A DNA stretch of 49,683 nucleotides from the NCBI GenBank assembly GCA_044356455.1, contig JBIKWF010000021.1, forward strand, positions 1-49,683, in the 5' to 3' direction. The notes under the pieces are model-generated. The model was not told where the DNA came from. It did not search any database and saw only the letters and a program-made list of their open reading frames with translations. Every line of letters starts with the position of its first letter. The stretch's first letter is position 1. A program made the translations under genes and the position numbers. This DNA comes from Bdellovibrionota bacterium. GTDB taxonomy: Bacteria; Bdellovibrionota_C; UBA2361; JBGSMV01. This document shows positions 38,401-47,057 of the stretch, one piece after another.

Positions 38401-39631
38401 AGGAGTGCCCTGGACCATCATTCATTAACACTGGGGTGAGTTCTGATAGTGGTATCGCGACATGAGGAGGAATGAAATCACCGCGCTGGTCTGCGACAGT
38501 TCCCTCGCTCCATACCGGCCTCACATCGCGCACGCGATCCCCGTTTTTTAGCCAAAGCCTGAACCGAGCCTCTGTGGGCGCGATGCCATCGTACCCGCGT
38601 AGTGCATAGCGAAAAACTCCTGGCTGGCCCGGGACGCCTTGCAGAATAAGATCGGAGTTTTCGTTCGCTGCATCCGGTATCGACGCCCGGTAGTTAAACC
38701 GCACCGTCGCATGTGCGAGCTGCTGCGCGCTAAGGTCCGAGGGAATTGACAGCCCTATGCGCGTAAAACTTGCCATCGAGGAACCAAACCTGTTGATACC
38801 AGGCCCCTCAGGAGGCGCGCTTCCATTCTCATCGAAGCGCCAAAGCATACCGTCTGCAAAATCCGGGATGCCATCAGAATCTGTGTCGAATTGTCCAGCC
38901 ACTACAATCTTTCCGTAGCCGCTATCCTCCAAGCGGTCTTCGGTAGTGCTGCCCTGGAAGCCGCACTCGGGCCCCGCGGGGCTTACGGGGTTGCAAAGGC
39001 AGGCCGCGGAATTGCTGTTGGCCCCGCACTCATCCCAAGGAGGAGGTTGTGTTCCTCCGGATGAATCATGCGGTTCCCCGCTTGTGCGCGGATCACTTAC
39101 GCCGTCATTATCGGCGTCAATCATAAGAAGCTTAGCCCCAGGGCGAGGCGTCGGAGTTCTCTTCACTGATTCGTCGCTTGGGGGAATCCAAGGATAGTCA
39201 TCCCTCGGTGTAGGTTGAGGAGTTCTAATCAGGGAAGGAGAGATTCTCGGCCTAGGAGTTGGAGTCGGCGCAATTTCACGAGTGCAGGAGGCCCAGCAAA
39301 AGTAGGTTCCATCTTGCATGGGAACAGGAAAGCCGCAGAAGCTTTCTGCCTCGCACTCGGGAGCTTGATAGTCAGAGGGCGTAAAGTACTTATAGTTACA
39401 AAATTCATCTTCTGGGTGGGCGCGGCAATTCTGACAAAGCCTCTCCAGGTTCGCTCGCCACAAATCAGGAGTATAGGGTGTACCGCAGGCGGGGCTCCAC
39501 CAATCGGGGGAATCGCCCTCTGGGGGCGCAGGCGGCGAAGTAGGTAGCGGAGTTTGCGCAGTAGCTTTTGAGAGAGACAAGAGAAGCGCAAATATGCACA
39601 GGAGCAGATTGCGTAGAGCCAAATTTTTCAT
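35432..39631 (-). CDS. Very large secreted protein with alpha/beta-hydrolase (lipase/PGAP1-like) domain
   Basis: Signal peptide from MKNLAL; PLVLVHGILG, ADVVVHSMGGLLVR nucleophile elbow, VVTIGTPWQGS, DLVVP; N-terminal Cys-rich and DxDxDG segments. Confidence 0.85.
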   Translation of the reverse strand: MKNLALRNLLLCIFALLLSLSKATAQTPLPTSPPAPPEGDSPDWWSPACGTPYTPDLWRANLERLCQNCRAHPEDEFCNYKYFTPSDYQAPECEAESFCGFPVPMQDGTYFCWASCTREIAPTPTPRPRISPSLIRTPQPTPRDDYPWIPPSDESVKRTPTPRPGAKLLMIDADNDGVSDPRTSGEPHDSSGGTQPPPWDECGANSNSAACLCNPVSPAGPECGFQGSTTEDRLEDSGYGKIVVAGQFDTDSDGIPDFADGMLWRFDENGSAPPEGPGINRFGSSMASFTRIGLSIPSDLSAQQLAHATVRFNYRASIPDAANENSDLILQGVPGQPGVFRYALRGYDGIAPTEARFRLWLKNGDRVRDVRPVWSEGTVADQRGDFIPPHVAIPLSELTPVLMNDGPGHSYVLFLEAVTPDLRDIQNARYSVVGVELVLPAEGGPPGQNTLTDEVHVTSVAIEFIDMRAFSPTLTGIENAPDGIDATRDSGYQSGPVTIAAAELDSRTVLRDYSVGGMITDGAAAVLVRIHPKLPDLGNSAEGQARITDLYLSVGGKVGLRELTSGWLPIRADRSPEDSFPGVYGGFFPFSELTENAGGFLTLPPLPMSPETASARGFRSSIALSAEDEFKAVYVPPRNFVNQIINKEPAHPPLEAQEENPRWFQDENQQIRRIHMVQGGGDLSNIETAPMRLVILRKGIRGGEPRPIMERPFNLRRPPLVLVHGILGNGHKYFPIQSWEGKRILYPTRIYRADYYPTRSKGLAENFGVVPATITIALNEYRNALDNVALEEQCVGENGRNHFNVFPLARVSGPPNPPIDSPTDNPNQPFSPEPAYAPGAGFFSTFSCSSELRAFNGIRYAAQQADVVVHSMGGLLVRTYLSDLADDSEFRLSRAMGTNSSQESPSFSGGILNYGDAYRNWPHPLDAAYQPRTASLTHYVHVYQQPAYDFFIPARSPSPFRADVMAGVNLAWLPVRNPYPRYLRSDNLGAGDIRRVVTIGTPWQGSPLAWVSEFVYRPSLPSPFQRVNPSLLDSALAELQAYEERRRQWSQEDRSTYQRLATYVTDEGLALPTARGDGSFIWSTLDQTGNVDLAPDSVALRSLQRARYPDGAQAVPWIPIVGVALNRSELNVANENGNLTGIPTINDPLAFHMGQINGVVAGRLAWDTIGLPTSMENWLGTRQTHTSILGNFSLLQGGWSWNVLPPSRPSSGSSSESYTLNMIPGDWFLNGHRDDLVVPAYSQRNAGIHKRPFTLYMPHGGGGVWPFTIELPFRRSTGMEPPRDEDWIQGVSNLQNNALGVNLYHLAHSSFRAMVANLSINETSVRSQSGGSPDTNQLATLGSEIAFRTLEDIPMSAVVLELLASLEGRDPFVAKPPTEYQQTIELPGFLSSSQSMRGD

Positions 39632-39775
39632 ACTTTTTCGTCCCACATCTTGCGGGACGGTCTAGCACAGCGTTGCGGCTAAGCAAGCGTGTTGCGAGAT
39701 TCTCACTTCTTGAAACTTGCGCGCGTGGGGCACGAGCTCTAACTTTGGCGATGAAGTTTTTTATCAGGCAACAGA

Positions 39776-39946
39776 CCGTCATATCTCACTTAGAGCACTA
39801 TCAATAGCTAGGTTTCCTCGCTGCCATCAGGGCGTGTAGCGGAAGAAATCTTTTGCGAGACAGGCTCCTCGCCGCAGCCTCCGGCGGAGGCAGGCCTGGC
39901 GGATTTGCAGCTCAGTTTCACGGGTCCGTCCAGGTTCCCGTGAGAC
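39776..39946. repeat. Mosaic of MITE/REP remnants (family C start, family B end, GC-rich hairpin)
   Basis: ccgtcatatctcac identical to 11946-11959; 39805-39869 aligns to ~18267-18331; cgccgcagcctccggcggaggc resembles 33831-33854. Confidence 0.55.
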
Positions 39947-40195
39947 AACAGGGCCAGCAGACTTGCCATGGATTGAAGTAAGCCACACGCACTCGCTGCT
40001 AAAAACGTCGTATTTCTAGCTCGTTAGGGGCGCAATTAATAAATGTCAAAATTAAAGCATTTTCTTGGAAGCATGTAGGTGTCCTGCACAGATACGGGAG
40101 TGTGACGTTAGCTTTGAGGTATTGGCGCTCTTGAACAAACGCCAGAACACAAAGTGATTTGGTTCGTTCGTAATCGTTTATAGGAGTACTTTTTT

Positions 40196-40612
40196 ATGAC
40201 AAAGAATTATTTCGCAGTGGAAGGTTCAAAACGAAAGCGCTTGCTTTCGCTCTCTCCCCTAGGGGCCTCGTCCCTTCTCTTAGCCCTCTTTGCCTTTACC
40301 GTATGTACCGCTTCTTCTGGAATGGCGGCCGCCACAGATTGCACTACTACGTCCTCCGAATATGAAATCGACGATTGGGCGAAATGCACAGTGATGGAGA
40401 CTTATTGCCCGTCTATCGATAAGGATCACGTAGAGCGATGTGAAACATGCTACATCCGTATGTTCGATTTGTATTTCAATCCCTACGATAATCGATGTCT
40501 GTCACTTCCACTCACTCCTCCTCGTACGATTCTGATTCCAGGTAAATATGAAAGGGCCAGACGACATTATGAGCGGAACAGACAACGAACTAATCCATCA
40601 AGAATGCGTTGA
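40196..40612 (+). CDS. Small secreted Cys-rich protein
   Basis: AGGAG RBS; hydrophobic signal segment; six Cys in the mature part. Confidence 0.65.
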   Translation: MTKNYFAVEGSKRKRLLSLSPLGASSLLLALFAFTVCTASSGMAAATDCTTTSSEYEIDDWAKCTVMETYCPSIDKDHVERCETCYIRMFDLYFNPYDNRCLSLPLTPPRTILIPGKYERARRHYERNRQRTNPSRMR

Positions 40613-40663
40613 TCAAGCCGTCGAGAGCCAAGTTTAAGAATCCTATTTAATGGAAAATTCTCT

Positions 40664-41038
40664 ATGGGCACTATGGCAATGCAGAAAAGGGAAACAAGAT
40701 CAGAACCAGACAATTGCAAGCTCATTCATGATTGCGTAGTAAATGCCGAAGGCCACCAGATTAGATTCCAACCTGCCACTAGCAGTGATGGTTCAAACTG
40801 GGGATTCACCATAGACATTTCGAAGTCCCCTATTAGTAGTGTTGAAAGAACGGGAATTTCTATCTCTGTTGGCTGTGAACCCGCGGCGAATGGTTTTGAA
40901 CTTTGCATCGCACTGAAGGATGACGATGGTCACACCCTGGAAACTATGGAAGATCCAGTCCAGCAGAAAAATCCGGGGGACTTTGCAATTATGAAACAGC
41001 TGCTTTTGGTTGCCTCATACCTAAAACAGAATGATTAA
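40664..41038 (+). CDS. Hypothetical protein
   Basis: 124-aa ORF, AT-richer than neighbours. Confidence 0.55.
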   Translation: MGTMAMQKRETRSEPDNCKLIHDCVVNAEGHQIRFQPATSSDGSNWGFTIDISKSPISSVERTGISISVGCEPAANGFELCIALKDDDGHTLETMEDPVQQKNPGDFAIMKQLLLVASYLKQND

Positions 41039-41064
41039 CTCAGAGAAACTCCGCCTGGAGTCCG

Positions 41065-41099
41065 TCCCCTAGGTTTCTGCGGAGCAGGAACCTAGGGGA
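41065..41099. terminator. Stem-loop between convergent genes
   Basis: tcccctaggtttctgc / gcaggaacctagggga 16-bp stem with one G-U pair. Confidence 0.55.
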
Positions 41100-41104
41100 G
41101 AAAT

Positions 41105-41998
41105 CTAGGGGCGCGGGGGAGTCCCAAGCTTCTTAGGCCGCCCCTTGCGAGCTCGCTGGGCAACCTCGGAAATAGAAACATTTGCCGCAGGCAACACTGG
41201 GCTCGTAAGAGAGAACGCAGAGAGTACCACACGGGCACGAGCGGATTCTTGCTGCTCGCGCGCGACATCGGGGCTGATGTCGGCATCACACGTCGCAATA
41301 AACTCGCGCGCGCGCCTATGAAACTCGCGACCTTCACGTAAAAGCCACTCCCGTAAACGAGGAACTTCAGAGGCAAAAATATTGTCAAATTCCGTGTGTA
41401 AGTGAAGATTCTTTATGGAAGCCGGCGCTTCTATGTTCTCCAAGAATCCCGAAAGATGATCGCTCAGCCCCCGATTAAGAATTTCAAAAGCTTTGGTGGA
41501 GTCCTTTTGCACGTCACTCACTTCGCTCAGTAACACGACAAGATCTCCGTCCCTGCGTGCGAATCCGAGCTGCTCGAGCTGAAAAAGCGCCGCTTGAGGC
41601 GTGAGAGTGGGGTCGACCTCAGCCACCAAATTCCGAAATTCACTCGGCTCACCGCTCACCTTGAGCGGACGTGGCTTCCCATGAGAATCTCGGAACTCAC
41701 TTCGATGTTGCCACATGCCAACGATACTTCCGACGGCGCTAATAGGCCGATCTCCAACTTCGATAGAATGAGCGGCGGCAGACTTTGCAATCTCAGTTCG
41801 GTGAATTCCAGTAAGCGCGGCGAGGCGACTAAGATTTACGGTCTCCCCTCGTCTTGCGATCTCATCGGCAGCGGTCTGAATGAAGATCTCCTTACCAAAG
41901 GCCACATAGGCCTGGAAGTTAAGCCCGCGCCGCACGAGTACCCTTATAACGGGGCGTAACACGGCTCTTACAAGTTGTTGGAATTGTCCGCTAACCAT
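41105..41998 (-). CDS. DUF6502 family protein (putative DNA-binding) with C-terminal AT-hook-like tail
   Basis: LRPVIRVLVRRG...K..FI..A...NLSRLAALTGIHRTEI...W...FRD..GKPRPL...F..LV pattern; C-terminal RKGRPKK. Confidence 0.8.
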   Translation of the reverse strand: MVSGQFQQLVRAVLRPVIRVLVRRGLNFQAYVAFGKEIFIQTAADEIARRGETVNLSRLAALTGIHRTEIAKSAAAHSIEVGDRPISAVGSIVGMWQHRSEFRDSHGKPRPLKVSGEPSEFRNLVAEVDPTLTPQAALFQLEQLGFARRDGDLVVLLSEVSDVQKDSTKAFEILNRGLSDHLSGFLENIEAPASIKNLHLHTEFDNIFASEVPRLREWLLREGREFHRRAREFIATCDADISPDVAREQQESARARVVLSAFSLTSPVLPAANVSISEVAQRARKGRPKKLGTPPRP

Positions 41999-42157
41999 CT
42001 ATAGTTACAAGGGGAATCATTGAATTGTTGTAACATAGGCAAATTCGACAGACGACGGACATTCCTTTATGAAATTCGCCCCTATTTTCTTATCATCTGC
42101 CTAAATAATAGTCTTATAGATTACATTTTTACGGCACTATCTGAATTAAATGAATAA

Positions 42158-42207
42158 TATCAAGCTATTAATTTTCGCAAATAAATGATATAAAAATGAC
42201 ATTTTTA
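42158..42207. promoter_or_regulatory. IHF site and adjacent AT-rich palindrome
   Basis: tatcaagctatta matches WATCAANNNNTTR (42158-42170); taaaaatg-a-cattttta palindrome (42191-42207). Confidence 0.45.
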
Positions 42208-42356
42208 TGAAGCATTCTTCGGCAAGGGAGCGATAAGAGAGTATACGTACTTCGCACTGCTTGTCGAAAGTCCTAAGGGACATAGAACACGCAGGGCAGA
42301 GAGTATCCCGCTGGTGAATATACGGAACATCAGCCGGTGCCAAGGAAGGAGCATCC

Positions 42357-42642
42357 CTCATGAGGTGTCATGGAGTGGGGACGTGCACAAATAAACATGA
42401 ACTGCGCGGACACACCCACCCCAATTTTGGTGAACGGATTTCACCGAGTTTCTAGTGCACCCTCCTCTCCTTGAGACTTCATGAGCGTTCCGAACCCAAG
42501 CGCCTCGCTATGAGGTGTCAAGGTGTGGAGGCGTGCACGAAAGAACAAGAACTGCGCGAACACACCCACCCCAATATTGGTGAACAAACTTCACCAAGTT
42601 TTGAGTGCAACCTCCACACCTTGAGACTTCAGCGCGAGGTGC
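42357..42642 (+). ncRNA. Candidate structured ncRNA made of two tandem ~122-nt hairpin units
   Basis: Ungapped direct repeat 42360-42481 / 42510-42631 (103/122 identical by hand count, 150-nt period); long closing stems, a compensatory change, and G-U pairs valid on the + strand only. Confidence 0.55.
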
Positions 42643-42687
42643 ATCCTCTTTTCATTTTCATCTTTCTAGCCATCTGCGCGTAGACAA

Positions 42688-42705
42688 AATTTACACGTGT
42701 AAATT
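42688..42705. promoter_or_regulatory. Perfect 18-bp palindrome (operator/enhancer candidate)
   Basis: aatttacacgtgtaaatt, about 70-90 bp upstream of a sigma-54 promoter. Confidence 0.55.
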
Positions 42706-42775
42706 GAGATCATATTTCATGCTTCACGATACGATGCGCAGTAGTTCCCAAATGATTTTTTCGCCGAAATTTTTG

Positions 42776-42791
42776 TGGCACAGGCTTTGCT
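42776..42791 (+). promoter_or_regulatory. Sigma-54 promoter
   Basis: TGGC-ACAGGCT-TTGCT, near consensus. Confidence 0.75.
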
Positions 42792-42898
42792 TAAATTCTT
42801 GCTTATCGGAGTGGGTATCCGCGCAGAGACTACGGAGTGACGTATGATTCTCTGCATTACATTTTCGCTGGTTGGCATTTTTCAGGCAGGAGGCGCCC

Positions 42899-43657
42899 AT
42901 GCTTCTCTCCTTTAAGCCACCGGTTGATAGTCAAATTATTGCGCTTCTCGGAACCTCGCCCGGCTTGTCTGTTCCTGAGTTGCAATCTCGACTGACGGCA
43001 AATCAAACTTCAGTCTCAATCCCAGGATTGTATCGCACCTTGCGGGAACTGAGAGAACAAGGCGTGGTCATACGCTCGAGCGGCACCTTCTCGCTCTCCC
43101 AAAGCTGGCTTCGGGAAGTCGCTTCGTGGACGCGCATCGCAGCTCAGCGGCAACGGAAACAAGACCTTTCAGCGCTTCCCGTACTGCGCTCAATTGAGGC
43201 CCTTAAAGATGAGTTTTTTGAAGGCATTGTTTCACTCGTTGAAACGGGAGGGGCAAGGCAGGTTCGCATAATAGAGCGGCTCCCTATTCTTTCCTTGTGC
43301 GAGCAGGGGCCCCTCGAGCGCCTGCAGCGGGTTCTCACAGGTATGGGCTGCGTGCTTAATCACCACGCGCTTACGAGCGAGACTGAGCGCATTTGCCGAA
43401 TGTTCAAGAAAAGCGGTGTCACTCCCGCATGCGTAGTAATCATCGGAGAGCGCGCACTCATTCTTTCGTGTAATCACGAAACAGAACAAGAGCTCGCCCT
43501 TGGAACTCCCACGCCTCAGACCGTTCGCAGAATTCGTAATCGTGATGCTCGCTTCACTCTGCGCCTTGCGCACTCGAAGAAGGAGACGCACTCCGTAACT
43601 ATGGCTATCGCCTCTACGGCGACCGGAGTGGGTTGCAAGCCCGATTCTATTGATTGA
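42899..43657 (+). CDS. Winged-helix DNA-binding protein with uncharacterised C-terminal domain
   Basis: CAGGAGG RBS; LSVPELQSRL...VSIPGLYRTLRELREQGVV...GTFSLS winged-helix pattern. Confidence 0.75.
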   Translation: MLLSFKPPVDSQIIALLGTSPGLSVPELQSRLTANQTSVSIPGLYRTLRELREQGVVIRSSGTFSLSQSWLREVASWTRIAAQRQRKQDLSALPVLRSIEALKDEFFEGIVSLVETGGARQVRIIERLPILSLCEQGPLERLQRVLTGMGCVLNHHALTSETERICRMFKKSGVTPACVVIIGERALILSCNHETEQELALGTPTPQTVRRIRNRDARFTLRLAHSKKETHSVTMAIASTATGVGCKPDSID

Positions 43658-43712
43658 GAGGCACGAATTTGAACCGACGTGGGAGCTTAAACTTTTGTTG
43701 CGGTGTATGGTT

Positions 43713-44186
43713 ATGAAAGAACCATTCTTTGTGTTCGTTTTACTGCTTGCTGCCGGGATGGAGGCAACTGCCTCGCCGCGAAGTTCAATCAACGAGAGCA
43801 GCGGCGCATCGTCGTGTTCCTCGCAGCCTCCGCCTTATCAACTCCTAGGGGAGTTCAACATCGAGACCCAATTGTTCTCTGTCTATCTCTTGGATGACTA
43901 CTGCCCGGGGGACCTCTTTCTCTATCTCTCCTTTCGCCGTGCGGGATGGCCTACCGCGTCAGAGGATGAGCAATACTTCGAGGCGAGAGTAATCTGTAAG
44001 AACCGAACGATTGCTCCCTATTCTTCCTCGCCTGGCAATAAAGGTTACTACTCGATTGGTAATAGCTTCGGAAGCCTCAACACTAAAATATTCACCTTCA
44101 GAAAAGAGGGCCTGCTGCTCTCTGACTGCTCCCAATTCGAGATTCGCGTCGCAGGAAAGCTCCATCTTTTTCCAATAGATCATTAA
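43713..44186 (+). CDS. Secreted hypothetical protein
   Basis: Signal peptide MKEPFFVFVLLLAAGMEATA; four Cys. Confidence 0.6.
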   Translation: MKEPFFVFVLLLAAGMEATASPRSSINESSGASSCSSQPPPYQLLGEFNIETQLFSVYLLDDYCPGDLFLYLSFRRAGWPTASEDEQYFEARVICKNRTIAPYSSSPGNKGYYSIGNSFGSLNTKIFTFRKEGLLLSDCSQFEIRVAGKLHLFPIDH

Positions 44187-44256
44187 GTCGATAGAATACT
44201 CAAACCCTCCATACCAAGAGAAGAGCTACTGCTAATCTTATGAAAACTTTGAAAGA

Positions 44257-44315
44257 CTTCCCCTTTGTGGTCTCTGTGGTCTTAGTGGTTGTTTTCATGA
44301 ACCACAAAGGGGAAG
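44257..44315. repeat. 9-nt-period REP-like palindrome
   Basis: Perfect 15-bp stem cttcccctttgtggt / accacaaaggggaag; three units ctttgtggt-ctctgtggt-cttagtggt. Confidence 0.6.
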
Positions 44316-44368
44316 GTAAAATTTGCAAATCTTTGGTTTCTTCAGAGTCTCTCTTTTAAGGCCTATCT

Positions 44369-45643
44369 ATGAGTCTTTCTTCTCAGCCCTGTCCCCATAG
44401 ACCTTTGTCCGAATTTGTCGCAAAGCTGCGTGCCCTTGTTGGTCCGGACCACGGAGCGAAGAGCGCCAATGCGTGGTTTAGCTTTGGTGACCCTGAGACG
44501 ATTCTTGAGATTCGTTCCCCTATGGCTGCTTCGCCCACATGGCGAGTTCAGGTTGCGGGGCCCGAAGGAAAGACGTTCCTTAGCATTAACGACCAAGGCG
44601 AGATTCGGTGCTTGGGTGCGCCACTTGCGCCCATCACCGAAGAAATCCCCTCCGCAGTCCACCGCGCCATCGATGCCGGAAACAAAGCTCCGCTTACGTA
44701 CCCGGCATTTCTGATGAAGCTTGCAGCGATGGATAAAACAGGAGCGGTTGCCAAAAGTGTAAAATCATTGGTGGCGGAAGCTCAAAGCGCATCTGAATCT
44801 GGCGCGACATTCTCCGATAAGGTTCTAAGCCAGACACTGCTTCACAAACTCGCAGCGACCCTTGAGTCCAGTAAAGTTGCAACCATCATCTCCAAAGACG
44901 GCAAGACAACTGTGGCTGCGGTTAGGGTAAGTAAAGCCCCATTCGCGATGCAGATACTCGGGTTTGGGGACAATATAGATACTGCCGGTGTTCTTCTTGT
45001 TACTTCATCGGAAGAACAATTCTCGCTAAGCCGGCCTAATGCTGAAGGGGTTCTCGCCAAGCTGCAAAGGTCGATTGGAAGAGCGGCGCCTATCGCTTTC
45101 TCAGAACGCAGCAAAACAGCCTTAGGGATTCAAGCAACACTGCGACGAGGAATGAATTTGGAAGCGAGTTTAGAAGACCCGGAAGCATCGGCGAACGCTA
45201 AGCTCGAGATTGGAGAATATGTCGCCGCCACCTCGTCCGGGATAACACCCCCTGAACTCGCACGAGCTTTGCAGGAAAGCCCCGCACTTGCTCCTACGCA
45301 CGAAATGAAAGCGGAGTTAGAGGCCCTTCTATCGGACCCTCTTATCGCTACTCCGGGGGAGACGTGCGTTCGCGAAAGCGAGAATCTGCTTGTTACGCTT
45401 ACCATCGTTGCTGAAAAGGGCGGCAAGAACGGGACCGAGGAACTCAGGCTGGTTATAGACGCCAAGGTAAAGCTTGGTGACCGCACGGCATGGCTTGATC
45501 TCGATGCGCTTGGGATTGATGTATATGAAAGTGAGGCCAATGCGGCCACCATACTAACGAATTCTACTGACGAGCTTGGGCAACTAGCATCCGACCCCTT
45601 AGTCCCTGGCAAGAAGTACTCTGCGAGAGTCTTGGCATTTTAG
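44369..45643 (+). CDS. Hypothetical protein
   Basis: 424-aa ORF; no family recognised. Confidence 0.7.
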   Translation: MSLSSQPCPHRPLSEFVAKLRALVGPDHGAKSANAWFSFGDPETILEIRSPMAASPTWRVQVAGPEGKTFLSINDQGEIRCLGAPLAPITEEIPSAVHRAIDAGNKAPLTYPAFLMKLAAMDKTGAVAKSVKSLVAEAQSASESGATFSDKVLSQTLLHKLAATLESSKVATIISKDGKTTVAAVRVSKAPFAMQILGFGDNIDTAGVLLVTSSEEQFSLSRPNAEGVLAKLQRSIGRAAPIAFSERSKTALGIQATLRRGMNLEASLEDPEASANAKLEIGEYVAATSSGITPPELARALQESPALAPTHEMKAELEALLSDPLIATPGETCVRESENLLVTLTIVAEKGGKNGTEELRLVIDAKVKLGDRTAWLDLDALGIDVYESEANAATILTNSTDELGQLASDPLVPGKKYSARVLAF

Positions 45644-46152
45644 CCATTAGCGACTTTCTTCTCTTCAAGAGCAGTAGGAGTGACCTGTGGTGCGGATACC
45701 TTCGGAAGTTTAAACCAGGTCTTCCTCTCGCCGTAGGCACGCACATAAGGATTCTTGTTAACGGCAATCTGCCAGAAAGAGGCTCCTACGAGCGCTGAGT
45801 ATACCAAGGCGGGAATGGCCATGACGTATACAAAATAGAACATTCTAAAATCAGTGAGTGCGGCGCCAAGGTTAATATGCGGAGCATAGGTGACGACAAG
45901 ATCCGTCGTCGCTGCGATAAGGAGCAGAGATGCTCCTCCGCACAATACCGAAGTCTTGAAGAACTGTTTTCGTGTAAGCAAATCATCTCGGCGCGCAACT
46001 TCAAGCACGAGCCACAGAAACGCAAAGGTCGTCACGGCAAGCGGGAGCGTCAGCAAGGCAGTAACAAAGAGGTCTCCACCCGAATAGGCCAGAAGCGCCA
46101 GAATCGGAGCAATGAAGCTTACGCCCAAATATCCAATACCTAAACGGACCAT
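45640..46152 (-). CDS. Four-TM membrane protein
   Basis: Four hydrophobic segments; GAGG RBS; stop overlaps the convergent gene's stop. Confidence 0.7.
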   Translation of the reverse strand: MVRLGIGYLGVSFIAPILALLAYSGGDLFVTALLTLPLAVTTFAFLWLVLEVARRDDLLTRKQFFKTSVLCGGASLLLIAATTDLVVTYAPHINLGAALTDFRMFYFVYVMAIPALVYSALVGASFWQIAVNKNPYVRAYGERKTWFKLPKVSAPQVTPTALEEKKVANG

Positions 46153-46384
46153 GGCGGGACACCTCTCAAGCTAAAGACCACAAGAAGCAAATACCTAGTA
46201 AAAACCTGCGAGTAAGGGGGCAATTCTTGCCAAGTAAACTCGGAGAGAGCTTCTCGGCAACCCTTCTACCACCCAATACTCAGCGGGGGGGAGGGGTTTG
46301 CTTCAGTGATATTCAGTGATGACAGCAGCAAGGCAGGGCTGCTATACCACTTTCTGAGTATTTTCTTATAGTTGCGCGGTTTAT

Positions 46385-47047
46385 ATGCCGAGAGCCGTTC
46401 TTCAATTGCATGCCCAAAGAAGGCACCTTAAGAACCTGGGGAGCCGTGGGGCAAGCACAGTTGAACTTGCAATCTTCTTTACCCTCGTGGCGGCAATTCT
46501 TGGTTCTGTCACCCTGTTTCTCACAGGCACGCTCCCTCAGATATTTGCGGCCGCCAGGTTAATTAACGCTCTTGAGGGGGCGACTCTCGTAAAGCCAAGA
46601 TTGGGAGGTCTTTTCATAACGCATCCTGCTTCTAATCATCCTGACCTGGGAATCGCTGGTAGTTCGGCTCAAGAATACTTCGCCCTCAGGAAGGAGGTAG
46701 ATGCGCTCCAAAGTCTCATGGAGTTGGCATTTCCTGGTGTTCATGCCGAACCTTTATCTTGTGTAGCAGTTTACGAAATAAAGGATCATTGCGTTCTATC
46801 CTCCGCTGATAGCCTTTACCGAACGGGTGGCAGCCTCTGTCCAGATGCAAGAATGAATCCGTGCATTATTGCCCAAGCTGAGGCGATTCTTGAAGCGAAA
46901 GGCTGTAGCCATAATGATGTAGGGTCTGTCATTCTCGCTGCACTATTCCCGCGTGAGAGCGGGCTTCTAAAGAGTCCCTGTGCGGTCAGCGAAATTGGGT
47001 ATCCGCGCTCACCCATTGTCAGGTCTTTTGCGGCGCCAAATCCCTAA
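46385..47047 (+). CDS. TadE/TadF-like pseudopilin
   Basis: Basic leader then RG|ASTVELAIFF (Glu+5) and hydrophobic helix. Confidence 0.7.
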   Translation: MPRAVLQLHAQRRHLKNLGSRGASTVELAIFFTLVAAILGSVTLFLTGTLPQIFAAARLINALEGATLVKPRLGGLFITHPASNHPDLGIAGSSAQEYFALRKEVDALQSLMELAFPGVHAEPLSCVAVYEIKDHCVLSSADSLYRTGGSLCPDARMNPCIIAQAEAILEAKGCSHNDVGSVILAALFPRESGLLKSPCAVSEIGYPRSPIVRSFAAPNP

Positions 47048-47057
47048 GTACTCAGTC

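Noticed and set aside
39682..39697. Sigma-54 promoter for the alpha/beta-hydrolase (minus strand TCGC-N7-TTGCT)
   Set aside because: Lacks the invariant -24 GG.
42360..42631. CRISPR array or known tandem riboswitch
   Set aside because: Only two 122-nt units, no cas genes, and no glycine, TPP, cobalamin or c-di-GMP signature recognised.
42360..42683. Peptide-coding reading of the tandem units (MRCHGVGTC... after an AGGAG; ORF 42471..42683)
   Set aside because: Differences between the units are mostly non-synonymous and unit 1 has an in-frame TAG, whereas base pairing is preserved.
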